NCBI RefSeq assembly: GCF_001194135.2 | Contig: NC_068989.1 | Span: 38,837,041 to 38,901,040, forward strand | Origin: Octopus bimaculoides | Lineage: Eukaryota | Direction of reading: 5' to 3' | Length of the DNA: 64,000 nt | Shown here: positions 25,320 through 37,929 of the stretch, piece after piece | Layout: every line of letters starts with the position of its first letter | Position numbering within the stretch: position 1 is the stretch's first letter | Notes under the pieces: generated by a model | What the model was told of the DNA's origin: nothing | What the model saw: the letters and a program-made list of their open reading frames with translations, nothing else | Databases searched by the model: none | Translations under genes and position numbers: made by a program

Positions 25320-25850
25320 NNNNNNNNNNNNNNNNNNNNNNNNNNNNNNNNNNNNNNNNNNNNNNNNNNNNNNNNNNNNNNNNNNNNNNNNNNNNNNNNN
25401 NNNNNNNNNNNNNNNNNNNNNNNNNNNNNNNNNNNNNNNNNNNNNNNNNNNNNNNNNNNNNNNNNNNNNNNNNNNNNNNNNNNNNNNNNNNNNNNNNNNN
25501 NNNNNNNNNNNNNNNNNNNNNNNNNNNNNNNNNNNNNNNNNNNNNNNNNNNNNNNNNNNNNNNNNNNNNNNNNNNNNNNNNNNNNNNNNNNNNNNNNNNN
25601 NNNNNNNNNNNNNNNNNNNNNNNNNNNNNNNNNNNNNNNNNNNNNNNNNNNNNNNNNNNNNNNNNNNNNNNNNNNNNNNNNNNNNNNNNNNNNNNNNTAT
25701 ATATATATATATACATGCATATATAAATATATATATACATATATACATACATATATACATACATACATATGTATATATACACATACATACATACATACAT
25801 ACATATATTTACATAGAAATATACACAGATACATAAATATGCACACATTC
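23935..25850. repeat. Dense compound microsatellite block ((TA)n, (CA)n, (TACA)n, (GA)n) with three assembly gaps
   Basis: Gaps at 24018-24044, 24271-24345 and 25320-25697. All overlapping ORFs are YI/HT/CV runs. Confidence 0.95.
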
Positions 25851-27235
25851 ACATAAACATGAATATAAATACAACAACAATTAATAACACCAATAATATT
25901 AACAATTAATCAATCACAATTTATATTAAATATAAGAATTCAAAACAGTAACATTCAAGACTGTAAAATGTGTGTGTGTGTGTGTGTGTCTCAATAATAT
26001 ATTCTGCTAACCAATGCTTGCATAGAAATGAAGGTAAAAATAATTGAACAAACAGACAAAAGTATGTATGTATGTTGTGGACATATATATACTTAATCAT
26101 TCACACTTTTCAGTGATTTAACAGGTAGATGTTATGACTTTTGTCTGTATGAATGAAGCAAATGAGAAACATAGACCTTGACTGTACCATATTAAGACAA
26201 CATAGAGTAGTTATCACAATATGCCTCGTTTGGATATGTAAATGTTTCAGTGGTTATTCAGCCACTGCTAAAACAAAAGACAGTTACTTGTTTAACAATA
26301 CAGTGTACAGCAGTTGTAAATCCCATAATTAGTTGGTACATAAATCACCCTAGAATGGACAAATAAATGAAGAGGTTATTGTATATTTATAACATAGATA
26401 ACATAGATAGGCTTTGGCCATTATTGGGTCATGTCTAACTTAATACCACCTCCTAGATAGTCTTTTAGGTCATATTTTAGGACATCATATTGCACTTGAT
26501 TATACCAGGTTGTATCTGGGTGTTGGTAATTTGTTTTCTTGGAGGAATTTGTCCAGGCACAATTTGTCCAGGCACAATTTGAATGTTAAGTGTTCTCCCT
26601 TCATTGATTAAAAAAAATAATAATCCTGATAAATACAGGAACAATTGAAGTAAAAGAAGTTGTGTCCTAATGTTCTTATGTAAGATAAGCTTGATTTTTG
26701 TAGAGGATGCATGGCTCAAGTGCTAAACCTTGGATGACTTTTAAACTTGATACCAGCATCATTTGCTCAGTATGGATGGAATATTTACTACATTGTACAA
26801 ATGATGTAGCTTTCACTGAGATATAATAAATGTCTTAGAAAGGTAGTAAAGAAAGAATACCTTCAGAATTGGGAATGAATCTTGGGAAGCTTAAATACAT
26901 GTCAGCAATTATGTACCAGATAAATGCATGTGAATTCAAACAATACAACCTTGGTTCATCTAAATGGAATATTTAATCAAGTGTAGGATGCCTAGTGACA
27001 TAATGGGTAATCAGAGTTGTGATTTATATCTATGTGAATTAAATAATTGGGTAAAATGCATATTGCATGTATCTTGAATTGAAAAAGAAAAATGTGGAAT
27101 ATTTACCACAAATTACAGCTTTACACAATATCATCTAAATGTTTTGGTAACTAAGCACATAGTCAGCCACTAATAAACAGACATACATACATATAATACA
27201 CATGTGTATTCACACACACATATGTATGTATGTGT

Positions 27236-27616
27236 GGAGGCGTAATGGCCCAGTGGTTAGGGCAGCGGACTCACGGTAATAGGATCATGGTTTCGATTCC
27301 CAGACCGGGCGTTGTGAATGCTTATTGAGCAAAAACACCTAAAGCTCCACGAGGCTCCGGCAGAGGATGGTGGCAAAACTTGCTGTACTCTTTCACCACA
27401 ACTTTCTCTCACTCTTACTTCCTGTTTCTGTTGTGCTTGTAATTCAAAGAGTCAGCCTTGTCACACTGTGTCATGCTGAATATCCCCGAGAACTACGTTA
27501 AGGGTACACGTGTCTGTGGAGTGCTCAACCACTTGCACGTTAATTTCACGAGCAGGCTGTTCCGTTGATCGGATCAACTGGAACCTTCGAACTAAGCGAC
27601 GGAGTGCCAACAACAA
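27236..27616 (+). mobile_element. Full-length tRNA-derived SINE, family A
   Basis: ggaggcgtaatggcccagtggttagggcagcggactc (A box), ggtttcgattccc (B box), body to gacggagtgccaacaac; CpG-rich; inserted in (ATGT)n. Confidence 0.92.
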
Positions 27617-27769
27617 TGTATGTATGTATATATGTATGTATGTTTATTTGTATGTATGTATGAACTTGACTTCTCTGGCCCATAAGATCCTATCAAATCA
27701 TCTGTAATCAATGTCAGCTCAGAAGATAAGTTAAATGATAATGATGAAAATATATATCTTCTTTTAATT

Positions 27770-27900
27770 TTATCTTTTTACTAGTTTCAGTCACTAGACT
27801 ACAGCCATGCTGGGGCACCACCTTGAAGAAATTTTAGTTGAATGAATCGGTTCTAGTAGATTTTGTTTTAAGCCTAGTACTCATTCTAACAAATGGTTGA
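27770..27900 (-). mobile_element. SINE family C 3' fragment
   Basis: tttcagtcactagactacagccatgctggggcaccaccttgaag...aagcctagtact. Confidence 0.6.
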
Positions 27901-28356
27901 TTTCATATACTCATCATTTTGGGATCACTAAAATATAGTATCACTCAATTTATTCAATTACTCGTCTGTGCTAGTATGCAATGAACTGGCAAATTAGTGT
28001 AGAGCTTGAATACCTGCCCAAATGTGGGTCTTCAATAACAGGTGGAGTGGTACCCTAGTTACTGTGTCTTGCTGCTGTATCAAAGCTGCTATTGATTTGT
28101 AACATTCTAGATTACAGTTAATGCAACTTGTGTGCACTCATGCATGTACATGCACAGACACACACACACACTCTCTCTCTAAAACTGAGTTCATGAAAAA
28201 AGACGTATATCATGGGGATATTTGAGATTCATTCTTTCTATTCATTCATTTCACATTGGCATTGATCATTATCCCAACTAATTTCTCATTAGTTGTAGAA
28301 CACTTTCAATAGAGCATGCCTCTGTAAGATGACTGAACATGTGCTTAGTTTCAATA

Positions 28357-28413
<57 letters not shown>

Positions 28414-28764
28414 GTGTGTGTATGCATGTGTGTATGATAAAATTCATTTTGACTGGAACTTTGCCTGATGATGATAGTTCATATATTTCTAAAATTGAAC
28501 ACCCATTTTTTTACAACTAGAACAATTTGTCTTCTGTAACTGATTCGAGGCCAAACAAATTGAAAACGAATGTAATCTTTTCAAATATTCAATTACTATT
28601 TTTCTACCGCCAATAAAGTACACCACAATGCAAATAATTATGCAAGCTCTAAAATTTTTATTACTCTCATTACCTTATGAATAAAGCCTAGTATTTTGAA
28701 CATTTTGACTTTAGTATGGGTGCAAATAATACTGCTGAAATTAGTGAACTAGCAAACTTTTATA

Positions 28765-29035
28765 TTCTTGTTACCATGACCACTCCCAAGACCTGTTGGC
28801 AAAATCCCCTGCAAACGAGAAGCACTTGAGAGAGAGAACAATTTCGGAGGGAGTAAGTCTGGAGGTGTCAGGCTGGGGTCAGGTCGAAGGTCCAAAAATT
28901 GTTTCAGTGTGAGAAGTCCTTTATTGTATGGGATCACCATATATTAACTCTTGACATCAAGAGTGAACATAAATTTAGAGGGGCCAGAAGGGAAGGAGAA
29001 AGAATTAAAGAGACAAAGAACATTGTTAGTGTCAT
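28765..29035 (-). mobile_element. Penelope-like reverse transcriptase fragment
   Basis: By hand: KFMFTLDVKS*YMVIPYNKGLLTLKQFLDLRPDP...SLKCFSFAGDF / QQVLGVVMVT, matching the PLE RT motifs DVKSLYT.IP and Q..G.AMG. Confidence 0.75.
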
Positions 29036-29073
29036 GGATGTGGGAGGGGATGGAAGCCACTAGGGGGGAAGGA

Positions 29074-29240
29074 CGATGGGCTTCTTTCAGTTTCCATCTA
29101 CTAAATCCACTTACAAGGTTTTGGTTAGCCCAAGGCTATAGCAGAAGACACTTAGTCAAGGTGTCAGGCAGTGGGACTGAATCTGGAACCATGTGGTTGG
29201 GAAGTAAGCTTGTTACCACACAGCCACTCCTGCACCATTA
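29074..29240 (-). mobile_element. SINE family C head
   Basis: gatgggcttctttcagtttcc...ttaccacacagccactcctgc, as in 18842-18998. Confidence 0.8.
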
Positions 29241-29689
29241 CAACAAAGCTCTAAGAAAGTGGTGAGATGGAATAAATCAAATATTACAAGAACACAACAA
29301 ATCTCAACATAAAGCAGGAAAAAGTGACATAATCTGGGATAATCTACAAATAAAAAAAATTTATAACCAAAACATTCTGTCACCTTTTTGCTAAAACATT
29401 TCCCACTTGTGCACATACCACAAAGTTTTAAATACAGTCATTAAAATTTATTCTAACACCCATAACTTCTAGATAATAGCTATTTCCTATCAAATAAGAC
29501 TAAATCAAAAACTAACAAAACTCAACCCAAATAACCATAATTATAAAATTGCATGCCCTCTACCAAGAAAATGTTTTACTGGGGAAATAGTGAATTGTGT
29601 CCTAGGTTGACCCTTTCTTTCTACTCTGCAGTGAGGCAATTATTTCAGTCCTTCCATATGTATCATCTCTCATCAACAGGCACAAAGCC

Positions 29690-29975
29690 ATCCCCCATCT
29701 TTACTACTACTTCTGCCCAGTTGAGGGGGTTTTGTCATTTGAGTTACTTGGTGACCCTGTCAGTGCTGGTACTATGTAAAAAGCACTAGTGTTAGTGCCA
29801 CACATAAAACACTGATGCTCATGCCATGTAAAAAGTGGTTGGCATTAAGAAGGGCATCCAGCCATAGAAACCATGCCTAAAATGACTCTCAGCCTAGCTA
29901 ACGCTTGTCAAACTGTCCAGCCCATACTACCATGGAAATGGATGTTTAATGATAGCAATGATAATGATGATGATA
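29690..29975 (+). repeat. RTE-type 3' tail
   Basis: aaaagtggttggcattaagaagggcatccagccatagaaaccatgcc...catggaaatggatgtttaatgat. Confidence 0.7.
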
Positions 29976-30367
29976 TATATAGATGCCTTGAAGCTCAGGG
30001 CACTGATCCAGAAGATTACTTCAAGATACAAAGCATGTTATATAAATCTGCCTAAATTCAGTGCCTTTGTTGCAAGAAACTATTAAAAGCTCTCATTTTA
30101 AATACTATGCACATTAAATGATATTTATCTCCCACTGGTTGGAGTACACTTTTTTGTTGATCCTACGTTATATATATATATATAGGTATAGGCAAAAATA
30201 GGTGCACAGTGGCTTAATACGAGTGGAATATTCATTTCTGTATTTCTTTTAGTTTTATCTCATTGGGAGCCTTCTTCTTTTTTTTTTCTGGAGACTTTGA
30301 GTGAATGCTTGAGCCACAAGCAACTGTATACCTACATTTACCCACCCCTGTATATCTATCTATCTAT

Positions 30368-30512
30368 GTGTCACGCTGAGTCTTCCTGAGAACTACGTTA
30401 GGGGTACACATGTCTGTGGATTGGTCAGTCACTTGCATGTTAATTTCATGACCAGGCTGTTCCGTTGATCGTATCAGCTGAGACCCTCATTGTCGTAACC
30501 GATGGAGTGCTC
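30368..30512 (+). mobile_element. 5'-truncated SINE family A
   Basis: gagaactacgttaggggtacacatgtctgtgg...ggctgttccgttgatcg matches the 3' half of 27236-27616. Confidence 0.8.
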
Positions 30513-30513
30513 C

Positions 30514-30555
<42 letters not shown>

Positions 30556-30621
30556 GCCCGTCTGTCTGTCTGTGTGTATGTATATATATATATATATCTT
30601 GTGTGTACCTGAGGCTATGCA

Positions 30622-30779
30622 CCACTAAGGTTGTTTGGATTTCTGCATTGGACGTTCCAAGTGCTGTTGAATGCTTAACTGCATAACACAATAAAATGTT
30701 CCCCTTATGCCCTGTTGTGGTTAAGCATCTAATTGTACTTGGAACATCCGATGCAAATTTGGAAACAACTACAATAGTG
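30622..30779. mobile_element. Candidate MITE or fold-back element with long imperfect inverted repeats
   Basis: 30644-30682 versus the reverse complement of 30717-30755 gives about 30 of 39 matches (tgcat.gga.gttccaagt...atgcttaac), extending loosely to cacta...tagtg. Confidence 0.55.
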
Positions 30780-32928
30780 AAACATGCATAGGAAGAAGTG
30801 ATATCAGCTTGTGTTTATCATAATTTCTCATACATACACACACAGCCACACACATACATGCTTAATATACTAACACTAAGTTCTCAACACCTCCCACACG
30901 GTCTATACAAGTCATATGTAAAATTGATCAAAGACATGAAATGATATGAAAGAATATATATATTCTTTCACACACAGACATGCATATATATACATAGATA
31001 TAGGAAAGCATAACATTTATAATAGATATGTATATATACAAACATAGAATGGTGCAGTGTGTTGTATTTTGTTTCTGAAAAGATTTTCTTAGGATGGTGA
31101 GGAAGATGCATTGGAACAGCCACTTTGACTCACAGAGCTTGCACTTGAGGACAGCTATCTCTGTCTCATATTCTAATAGTGCTGTGGACCAAGAATGCTG
31201 GAGGTCTCTGCTGCAACAGGCTTGATCATAAACCTGTCAGAGAGCCACCGATACCTTGACAGTAGTAAATGTTACAAAGCTTCTGGAATGAAGAGAATAA
31301 CTTACTGAATGGCAGATCATCATAGAGTTGCTTTTGACACACATTTACTGATATGTGTGAAAGCAGGTGGACTACAATTAAATCAATATATGCACTTAAA
31401 TCCACATTAAGTTAAAAGAAAGATTTGATAATATTCATAAGATAGATACAAACACAGAATGGTGCTAGGTGTAACATTTTATCTTCAAGAAACTTCTCTA
31501 GAGAGACTTTATATTTCAAAAGCATAGAGCTCACTCTACATTTGTAAATATATTATAAATATTTTACAAATATTTATTTTGATTCAATCCTATTTCAGGT
31601 GCATATAAATGATTTGATTTTAGCCTGACTATCTTTCACACCAGTTGGGTTACATCTGCTTATCTCCTGAGAATTCTGAGGCAAGTTGAAATATTCATTC
31701 CAACTGGTATCTGACTATCTGCTGACAACATTCTGGGTGACTTCTGTGTTTTTAACACAAAAAAATCTCTTTATGAGGTTTCTCAAAAGGTTACAGCTGG
31801 CTTCATCTGCATTTGTAAATACATTACAAATGCTATACACATTACTATTTTAATCTAATGCTGTTTCAAGTGCACAAGCACACACACTACACACACAGAC
31901 ACTCACATATGTGTGTGTGTTAGTATACATACATACATAAGTAGGTAGGTAAGTTGGTTGGTAGTAGGTAGATAGATCAATCATGATGTGTTGATCTATA
32001 TATATGTTTGTGTGTGTGTAACATATGTGTATACATATATAGATAGGGTAGGGGCAGTTGCATGCATCAATAATTTATTCAAATCAAATTTAATAAAAGA
32101 AAAGGAGACGGTAAAACCAATCATAATGTCAGCAGTAGACAACAACAAAAGATATAACAACATTCAAATAATAATAATAATAATAATAGTAACAGTAGCA
32201 TTAATAGAAACTGAGTTTGAAAAAAAAAAAGAAGAAACATTAGTGAGCATCAGAATAACAACTGCAATTAATTATAGCCCACAATGACAACAACAACAAC
32301 AATAGAAATATCAATTGATTTTAGCTGTTGAACTATTTTTATTATCCCTTGATCTTTTTCTCTCATACTCTCTCCCTCTTTCCATTTCTTATGCTTGTAA
32401 CAATCTCTCACCTTATCTCTCTGTATATATCTGTGAATCTACAACACTATTTCACACTCTGTACCTAGACACTTCTGTTTCCAATCTCTCCTTCAAATCA
32501 AATTTCTCTATAACTCCAAATGTTTCTCATACATCCTTCTCTCTCTTTCACCGCTTTTCTCTCTCATTTTTACTCTCTAATTCTGCCTTGTATCACTACA
32601 CTTTTATTGCTCCTGTTCCCCACACTCTATATCGCTTTCTCTCCCTCTGTGTTTCTATCACTTTCTGTCCCAGTAGTGTCATAAACACAGTTTACAATAT
32701 TTAGATATTTTCAAATAGTTTCAGTGGATTCGCTGGAGCTTTTACAAATACTGTGTATCTGTGCGCATCTGCCTGCATCTGTGTATTTGTGTGTCTGTGC
32801 ATATGTGAACAAGCATGTAGTGGGTGCCTGTGTCAGGTGCATTGAAAAGATATCTGTTTACATGGAATTAACTTTATGCAACACACATACACAAACACCC
32901 ACATGTGTGAATGTATGCATATGACCTG

Positions 32929-32989
<61 letters not shown>

Positions 32990-33153
32990 CATACAATGTA
33001 ATGGTATGTGTGTACATGCATATATATGCACATACACATGTGTATGTGTATATATGTACTTATATATATATGCATATTCATATATAAATGTATATATAAA
33101 TGCTTGCTTATATGTATATATAAATATGTATGCATACACACACACACACATAT

Positions 33154-33184
<31 letters not shown>

Positions 33185-33302
33185 CAGGTAGTGGGTCGTA
33201 TAGTCTGCTGGAGATGATGTTTGATGAGGCTAAATAGCAGTAGCATTCGTTCTAACCAAGACTACCATGTTATGTTGGCAAATAATCTTTACTCTATATA
33301 TG

Positions 33303-33353
<51 letters not shown>

Positions 33354-33404
33354 GTCTGTCTGTCTGTCTGTCTATCTGTCTGTCTGTATCTGTGNNNNNN
33401 NNNN

Positions 33405-33439
<35 letters not shown>

Positions 33440-33734
33440 CATTCACTTTTTCCAAGCTTGTATAAGTCAGACAGAATTCATTGAGGTAGATTTTCTACCT
33501 CAAAGTACAAAATCTGGCTAAGCTTCCTGTTGCCAACCTCCACTTGTTTCTAAATACTGTAATTATTTCCCTATGGATGGATATGTGTTCAAGGAAAGTT
33601 GAAAACTAACAACACCAATTTTGTACTGTTGATGGTAGTTTACTATCAGGCTATGTCAAATAGGGACACATAAATATATACAGACTGACAAACAAACAAG
33701 GACGGACAGACAGATGGATAGATGGATAAATAGG

Positions 33735-33885
33735 CTGCTTTCAGTTTCTGCCTACCAAATTCATATTCACTCATGTGTCATTGGTTAGTTCAAGGCTATC
33801 ATAGAAGACAATTGCCTAAAGTGTCAGGCTGTGACACTGAACCCAAAACCTCATTGTTAGAAACTGAATTTTTTAACCATACCAT
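33735..33885 (-). mobile_element. SINE family C head, decayed
   Basis: ggctgctttcagtttctgcctaccaaat...aggctatcatagaagacaattgcc...gacactgaaccc. Confidence 0.7.
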
Positions 33886-34273
33886 AATGTCTATATATAT
33901 ATATATATATATANNNNNNNNNNNNNNNNNNNNNNNNNNNNNNNNNNNNNNNNNNNNNNNNNNNNNNNNNNNNNNNNNNNNNNNNNNNNNNNNNNNNNNN
34001 NNNNNNNNNNNNNNNNNNNNNNNNNNNNNNNNNNNNNNNNNNNNNNNNNNNNNNNNNNNNNNNNNNNNNNNNNNNNNNNNNNNNNNNNNNNNNNNNNNNN
34101 NNNNNNNTTCCTGCAGAACTAATGTGGGGTATAGAATATGGAATATACAATATATAATATGATATACAATATACAATATAAAATAAAATAAAATAAAAAT
34201 GGATGGCACCATGAAAGAAAGTATTGAATGTAGATGAAATATTGAGTGTTCAATATAAAGGATCAAATATATA

Positions 34274-34307
<34 letters not shown>

Positions 34308-34313
34308 TATAAA

Positions 34314-34353
34314 GGCGACTCGAGTTTCAGGGCTATTTCCCTTCGTCATGGCC
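34314..34353 (-). ncRNA. Minimal type I hammerhead-like motif embedded between (TA)n runs
   Basis: ggc C(a)TGACGA aggg aaatag ccct GAAA c tcga g TC gcc: 3-bp stem I, 4-bp stem II, stem III of one C-G pair with a palindromic TCGA loop, GUC triplet; one extra A in the core. Confidence 0.55.
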
Positions 34354-34627
34354 GGTATGACATTGCATATATATATATATGCAATGTGAGGCCTTTGTAT
34401 AATTCATGGAAGATTTGCATTGAAAGATTTGCTCATTCTTTGGCATAATGCACAGCTGTGTTGGCTGGTAGAAGAAACTGGTGCCACAGTATGAACTCTT
34501 TTGACATACCTTTTCCATCCTCCAACTGTGAGACACACCTATCCACAGGTTGCACATGTTTTGTTGTGAACAATAGCCATATCACAATTTACGACACACA
34601 GACATATATGCGTAGGTGTGCGTTTGC

Positions 34628-34674
<47 letters not shown>

Positions 34675-34759
34675 TATCATGTGATCACATGACTAACCAG
34701 ACTATTAAATGCTGTTATGCATCGCTGGTCACTATGCAAATTGCTGGCTAGGCCAGCAG

Positions 34760-34890
34760 GCCAATATTCCTTCTTGATTGAAAGGGGAACTGGAGCAATG
34801 TCAAATGAAGTGTTTTGCTCAGAAACACACCATGCTGCCCAGTCTGGAGTATCAAACCCACGATCTAGCAATTGTGAGTATCACCTCCCT
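34760..34890 (-). mobile_element. Decayed tRNA-SINE head (a further family)
   Basis: gaactggagcaatgtcaaatgaagtgttttgctcag...tatcaaaccc (B-box-like on minus); a similar decayed copy near 20830-20910. Confidence 0.45.
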
Positions 34891-35380
34891 AAAAACTAGG
34901 TCACATACCTTTACATCTCTCTTTCTCTCTCTCTACAAATATATAGGTACATGTTGACGTTACCGGTATTTCCTGGAAAAGCAGAGCTTATCCCTTGGAT
35001 CCTTTCTCATAATTATTTTTCTAATCCAGTAACAACAGTACAAAGCATGTATCCCTTAAAACGGTCTTTGGGCAGTTACAGGGAATACCAAACTATCTTA
35101 CATAGCATCTTGTTTTTAAGACATCCCAATAAGTTATGAATACCCAATCATGAAGTCAGTTACATAATAATATGAAATTAGTTACCTAATAGTAAGAATT
35201 CAAATAAAGTAGCCCTGAAAAGGGCTTTAATGTGTTCCCAGAGTATAGAGAACTTAGGAGGAAATATCAATAAGGTATGTATACCAAACTCATGAAGCAT
35301 GTTACGTAATAACAGGCTAATCAGATATGAGATAATACCAATTCAAAAGAAATAACTCTGAAAAGAGCTATTGTGTGTTC

Positions 35381-37800
35381 CTAGTGAATATAACCCTTAG
35401 GGGTGCTTGCGTTGAAATTGATTTACACTGAATGTAGAAACAGACTGACATTTAGTTTTACAGTAGACATACAAATAAATTTGCATATAGATTTAAAAAT
35501 AAAATAACATGTAGATTAATCAATACATTTATGACACTTAAAAATATTATAGTTAAATAATAAATGCCTGATGATTTAGTGAATCTTATTAAATTCGCAG
35601 AGCTTCTTGATAAACAACAGATTTGGTCTTTCCTTGTTGGTCATATATAAACAAATGATTAGGATTGTCAAGTCTTGAGCATTCCACATAAAGTTGGCCA
35701 TGGGAGAAAACTTGTTCCACAAGGTTCAGACCTACCACATCCAAGGACTGCCCATGAGCCTTGTTAATGCTCATTGTTCAGCTCAGTTTCAGCAGGAATT
35801 GCAGGTACTTGTACTGAAAAGGCATATCTGAGGGAATAAGTGGAATCCTAGGAATGAATACAGGCTCACCATTTGCTTTACTAGTCAAAATTGTTGTCTC
35901 CAAGACTGTTAGCATCATCTTCTTTATTATAAGTCATGTGCCATTGCAAAGCTTTGGTGGATTGAGATTTCGAAGCAGCGTAACTGGTGCCCTAATCTTG
36001 AGGTGCAAGTTGTGAGGTGGGAAGCTGGGTGGTGTTAGACTATTCAAGAATTTGACTGGATAATTCACAGCTTCATCGATGTTGAGTACAGTGTCAATAG
36101 AATTGTAGATGCTCCAGAAATTTGATGTTCAAATCATCGACTGCCACATTCTTTGGGGCTAAAATGGCACAGGTTTTCAGCCAGTTGGGGTCTGAAAACT
36201 GATTCCTCAGGTTAGGAAACACCTTATTCATTAGTTCCTATAAATCAGATACCACATATCCAAAAGGCAAGCTTACCCAGCCATCCTTCTCACCAACCAA
36301 AGTGCCATTATGAAACATCCAACAGTTGCTTTGAAAAGTTTCTGTCTGCATCATCACCACTGAGCTGCAGAATCATGTTGGTTGTGAATCTCAGTTTTTG
36401 CACACTGCTCCTAGGACGACTTTATGCTGGCATTTACCTCATGAGCTCTTGTCCCCTTTGGAACCACAGGAAGGGTTTGTCTAGTCTCCTGCAAGCAAAT
36501 TTGTGGCACCTCCCATGAGCCTGGTGTTGTGTCTCAGATCCTGAAGGGCCATGTCAAGAGCTTCAAAGGAAACCTTGTGGCTCATTGTCACCTCATCCGA
36601 GATGATCAACCTGCATCCACCCAGATGTTTGCCTTTTATAGAACCACGACTGATGGTACAGCTTACCTTCTCTTTCTTGACAGGTCCAAAGGGAGTTTGA
36701 AACAGGAATGAGTTGTGTGGCCACCACTTAGCAGAGTTGCAGCTATTCAACTTGACGCCACTGCTATGATAATGTGTTTCATTTTGCGCATTTTGGCCAG
36801 AAGAAGGTTGATGATAAATGTCTTCCCAGTTCCACTTGGAGCATCCAGAAAGAAAATACCTCCTCTTTCACTTTCAATGCTTGAAATAATTGCCTTATAA
36901 ACATCCAGTTGGTCCTCCAACAGTTTGTGTTCATTATCATCTATATACGACAGCATTTCCTCAATGTCATAGCTGATTTCTCACAGATACTCAATTGTGA
37001 AATTGTTTGCTGCCTGCTCGGGTGAAGCAGACCAAATGTGGCAATGCTTTGACCTCCCATAGCTTGCACACAGGTGTCCAGGTCAAGTAATGCCTCATTG
37101 TAAATGGCGTTGTTGAACATGGCTATTTCTGCTGAGGCTTGCCTTTGAATCCTTTGTAGGATTTCCTCTGCCATGCTGGTTTTGTGGGTTGCCCAAGCTT
37201 GAGAGGTTCACCCAAGCTACATGTCATCAATGTGGTAGAAAATTGCATGTGCAGTTGACTTGATGCTCTGCTGATTGCCTCCAGGGTCTGATCCTAGTGA
37301 GCATCATCCTCCAGTAGCCCATGTTTGGTGCAGGCTTCTTCATTGTGTCTTCGAAGGTCTGACAATGTGCAGCAACAGACGCAGAAAGAAGCACTCCTGC
37401 TGATTAGGGTGCACAGTGTACACCCACCCAATAGCCCTGCTTCTGAAGACTGCATGTTCTTCACAGCGTACACAGGTACCTCAATGTTCAACAGTGTTCA
37501 GGCAAACAGATCACATTGGCATAATTTGAAGAAAGCTGTCAAAGTGGTTTCTGGTGGATTCAGAACTACATTTCTAGCATTGTCTACTCTGAAATATACA
37601 CTCTGGCCACTTTCAAGATGTACAGATAGATTCACCACTGTTGGATGCCACTTGTATATTTCGAAGGCCTCATTAGAGGAAATATACCTGCCCAACTTAT
37701 ATTGTCAAATTTCATCTGCCTGCTTGCCCTCCAAATTGAATATGGCACTTAAGTTTAGGCACCAGAATATAGTATCGTATTATCCAAACAATTCCAAAAA
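35381..37800 (-). mobile_element. Helitron RepHel remnant (PIF1-type helicase half), pseudogenised and 5'-truncated
   Basis: Fragments in order: DEI*QYKLGRYISSNEAF...VHLESGQSVYF; TLTAFFKLCQCD; IFFLDAPSGTGKTF (Walker A); LIISDEVTM; QTLPVVPKG; ILAPKN; LPPHNLHLK...[12 protein letters not shown]; IPRIPLIPSDMPF; MSINKAHGQSL...VFSHGQLYVECSR. Several frames and stops. Candidate 3' end is CTAG at 35381-35384 with a small accc/gggt hairpin at 35393-35404. Confidence 0.93.
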
Positions 37801-37929
37801 CAAGGTGATCAAAAATCAAAAAAAGCATCATGGATTTTCAAGGTTATTGCAGTACGTACGTTTCATGCAACTCCATTTATTTAAGTAATGCAAGCATTAC
37901 ATTAAGTGTAAAATGCAGAGCAATCTTCA

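Noticed and set aside
26546-26580. 15-bp tandem duplication aatttgtccaggcac
   Set aside because: Resembles DNA transposon subterminal repeats but no TIR pair was found; ordinary slippage is enough.
31090-31230. 44-codon plus frame ending DQECWRSLLQQA*
   Set aside because: Resembles an RTE C-terminus only weakly; not enough to call an element or an exon.
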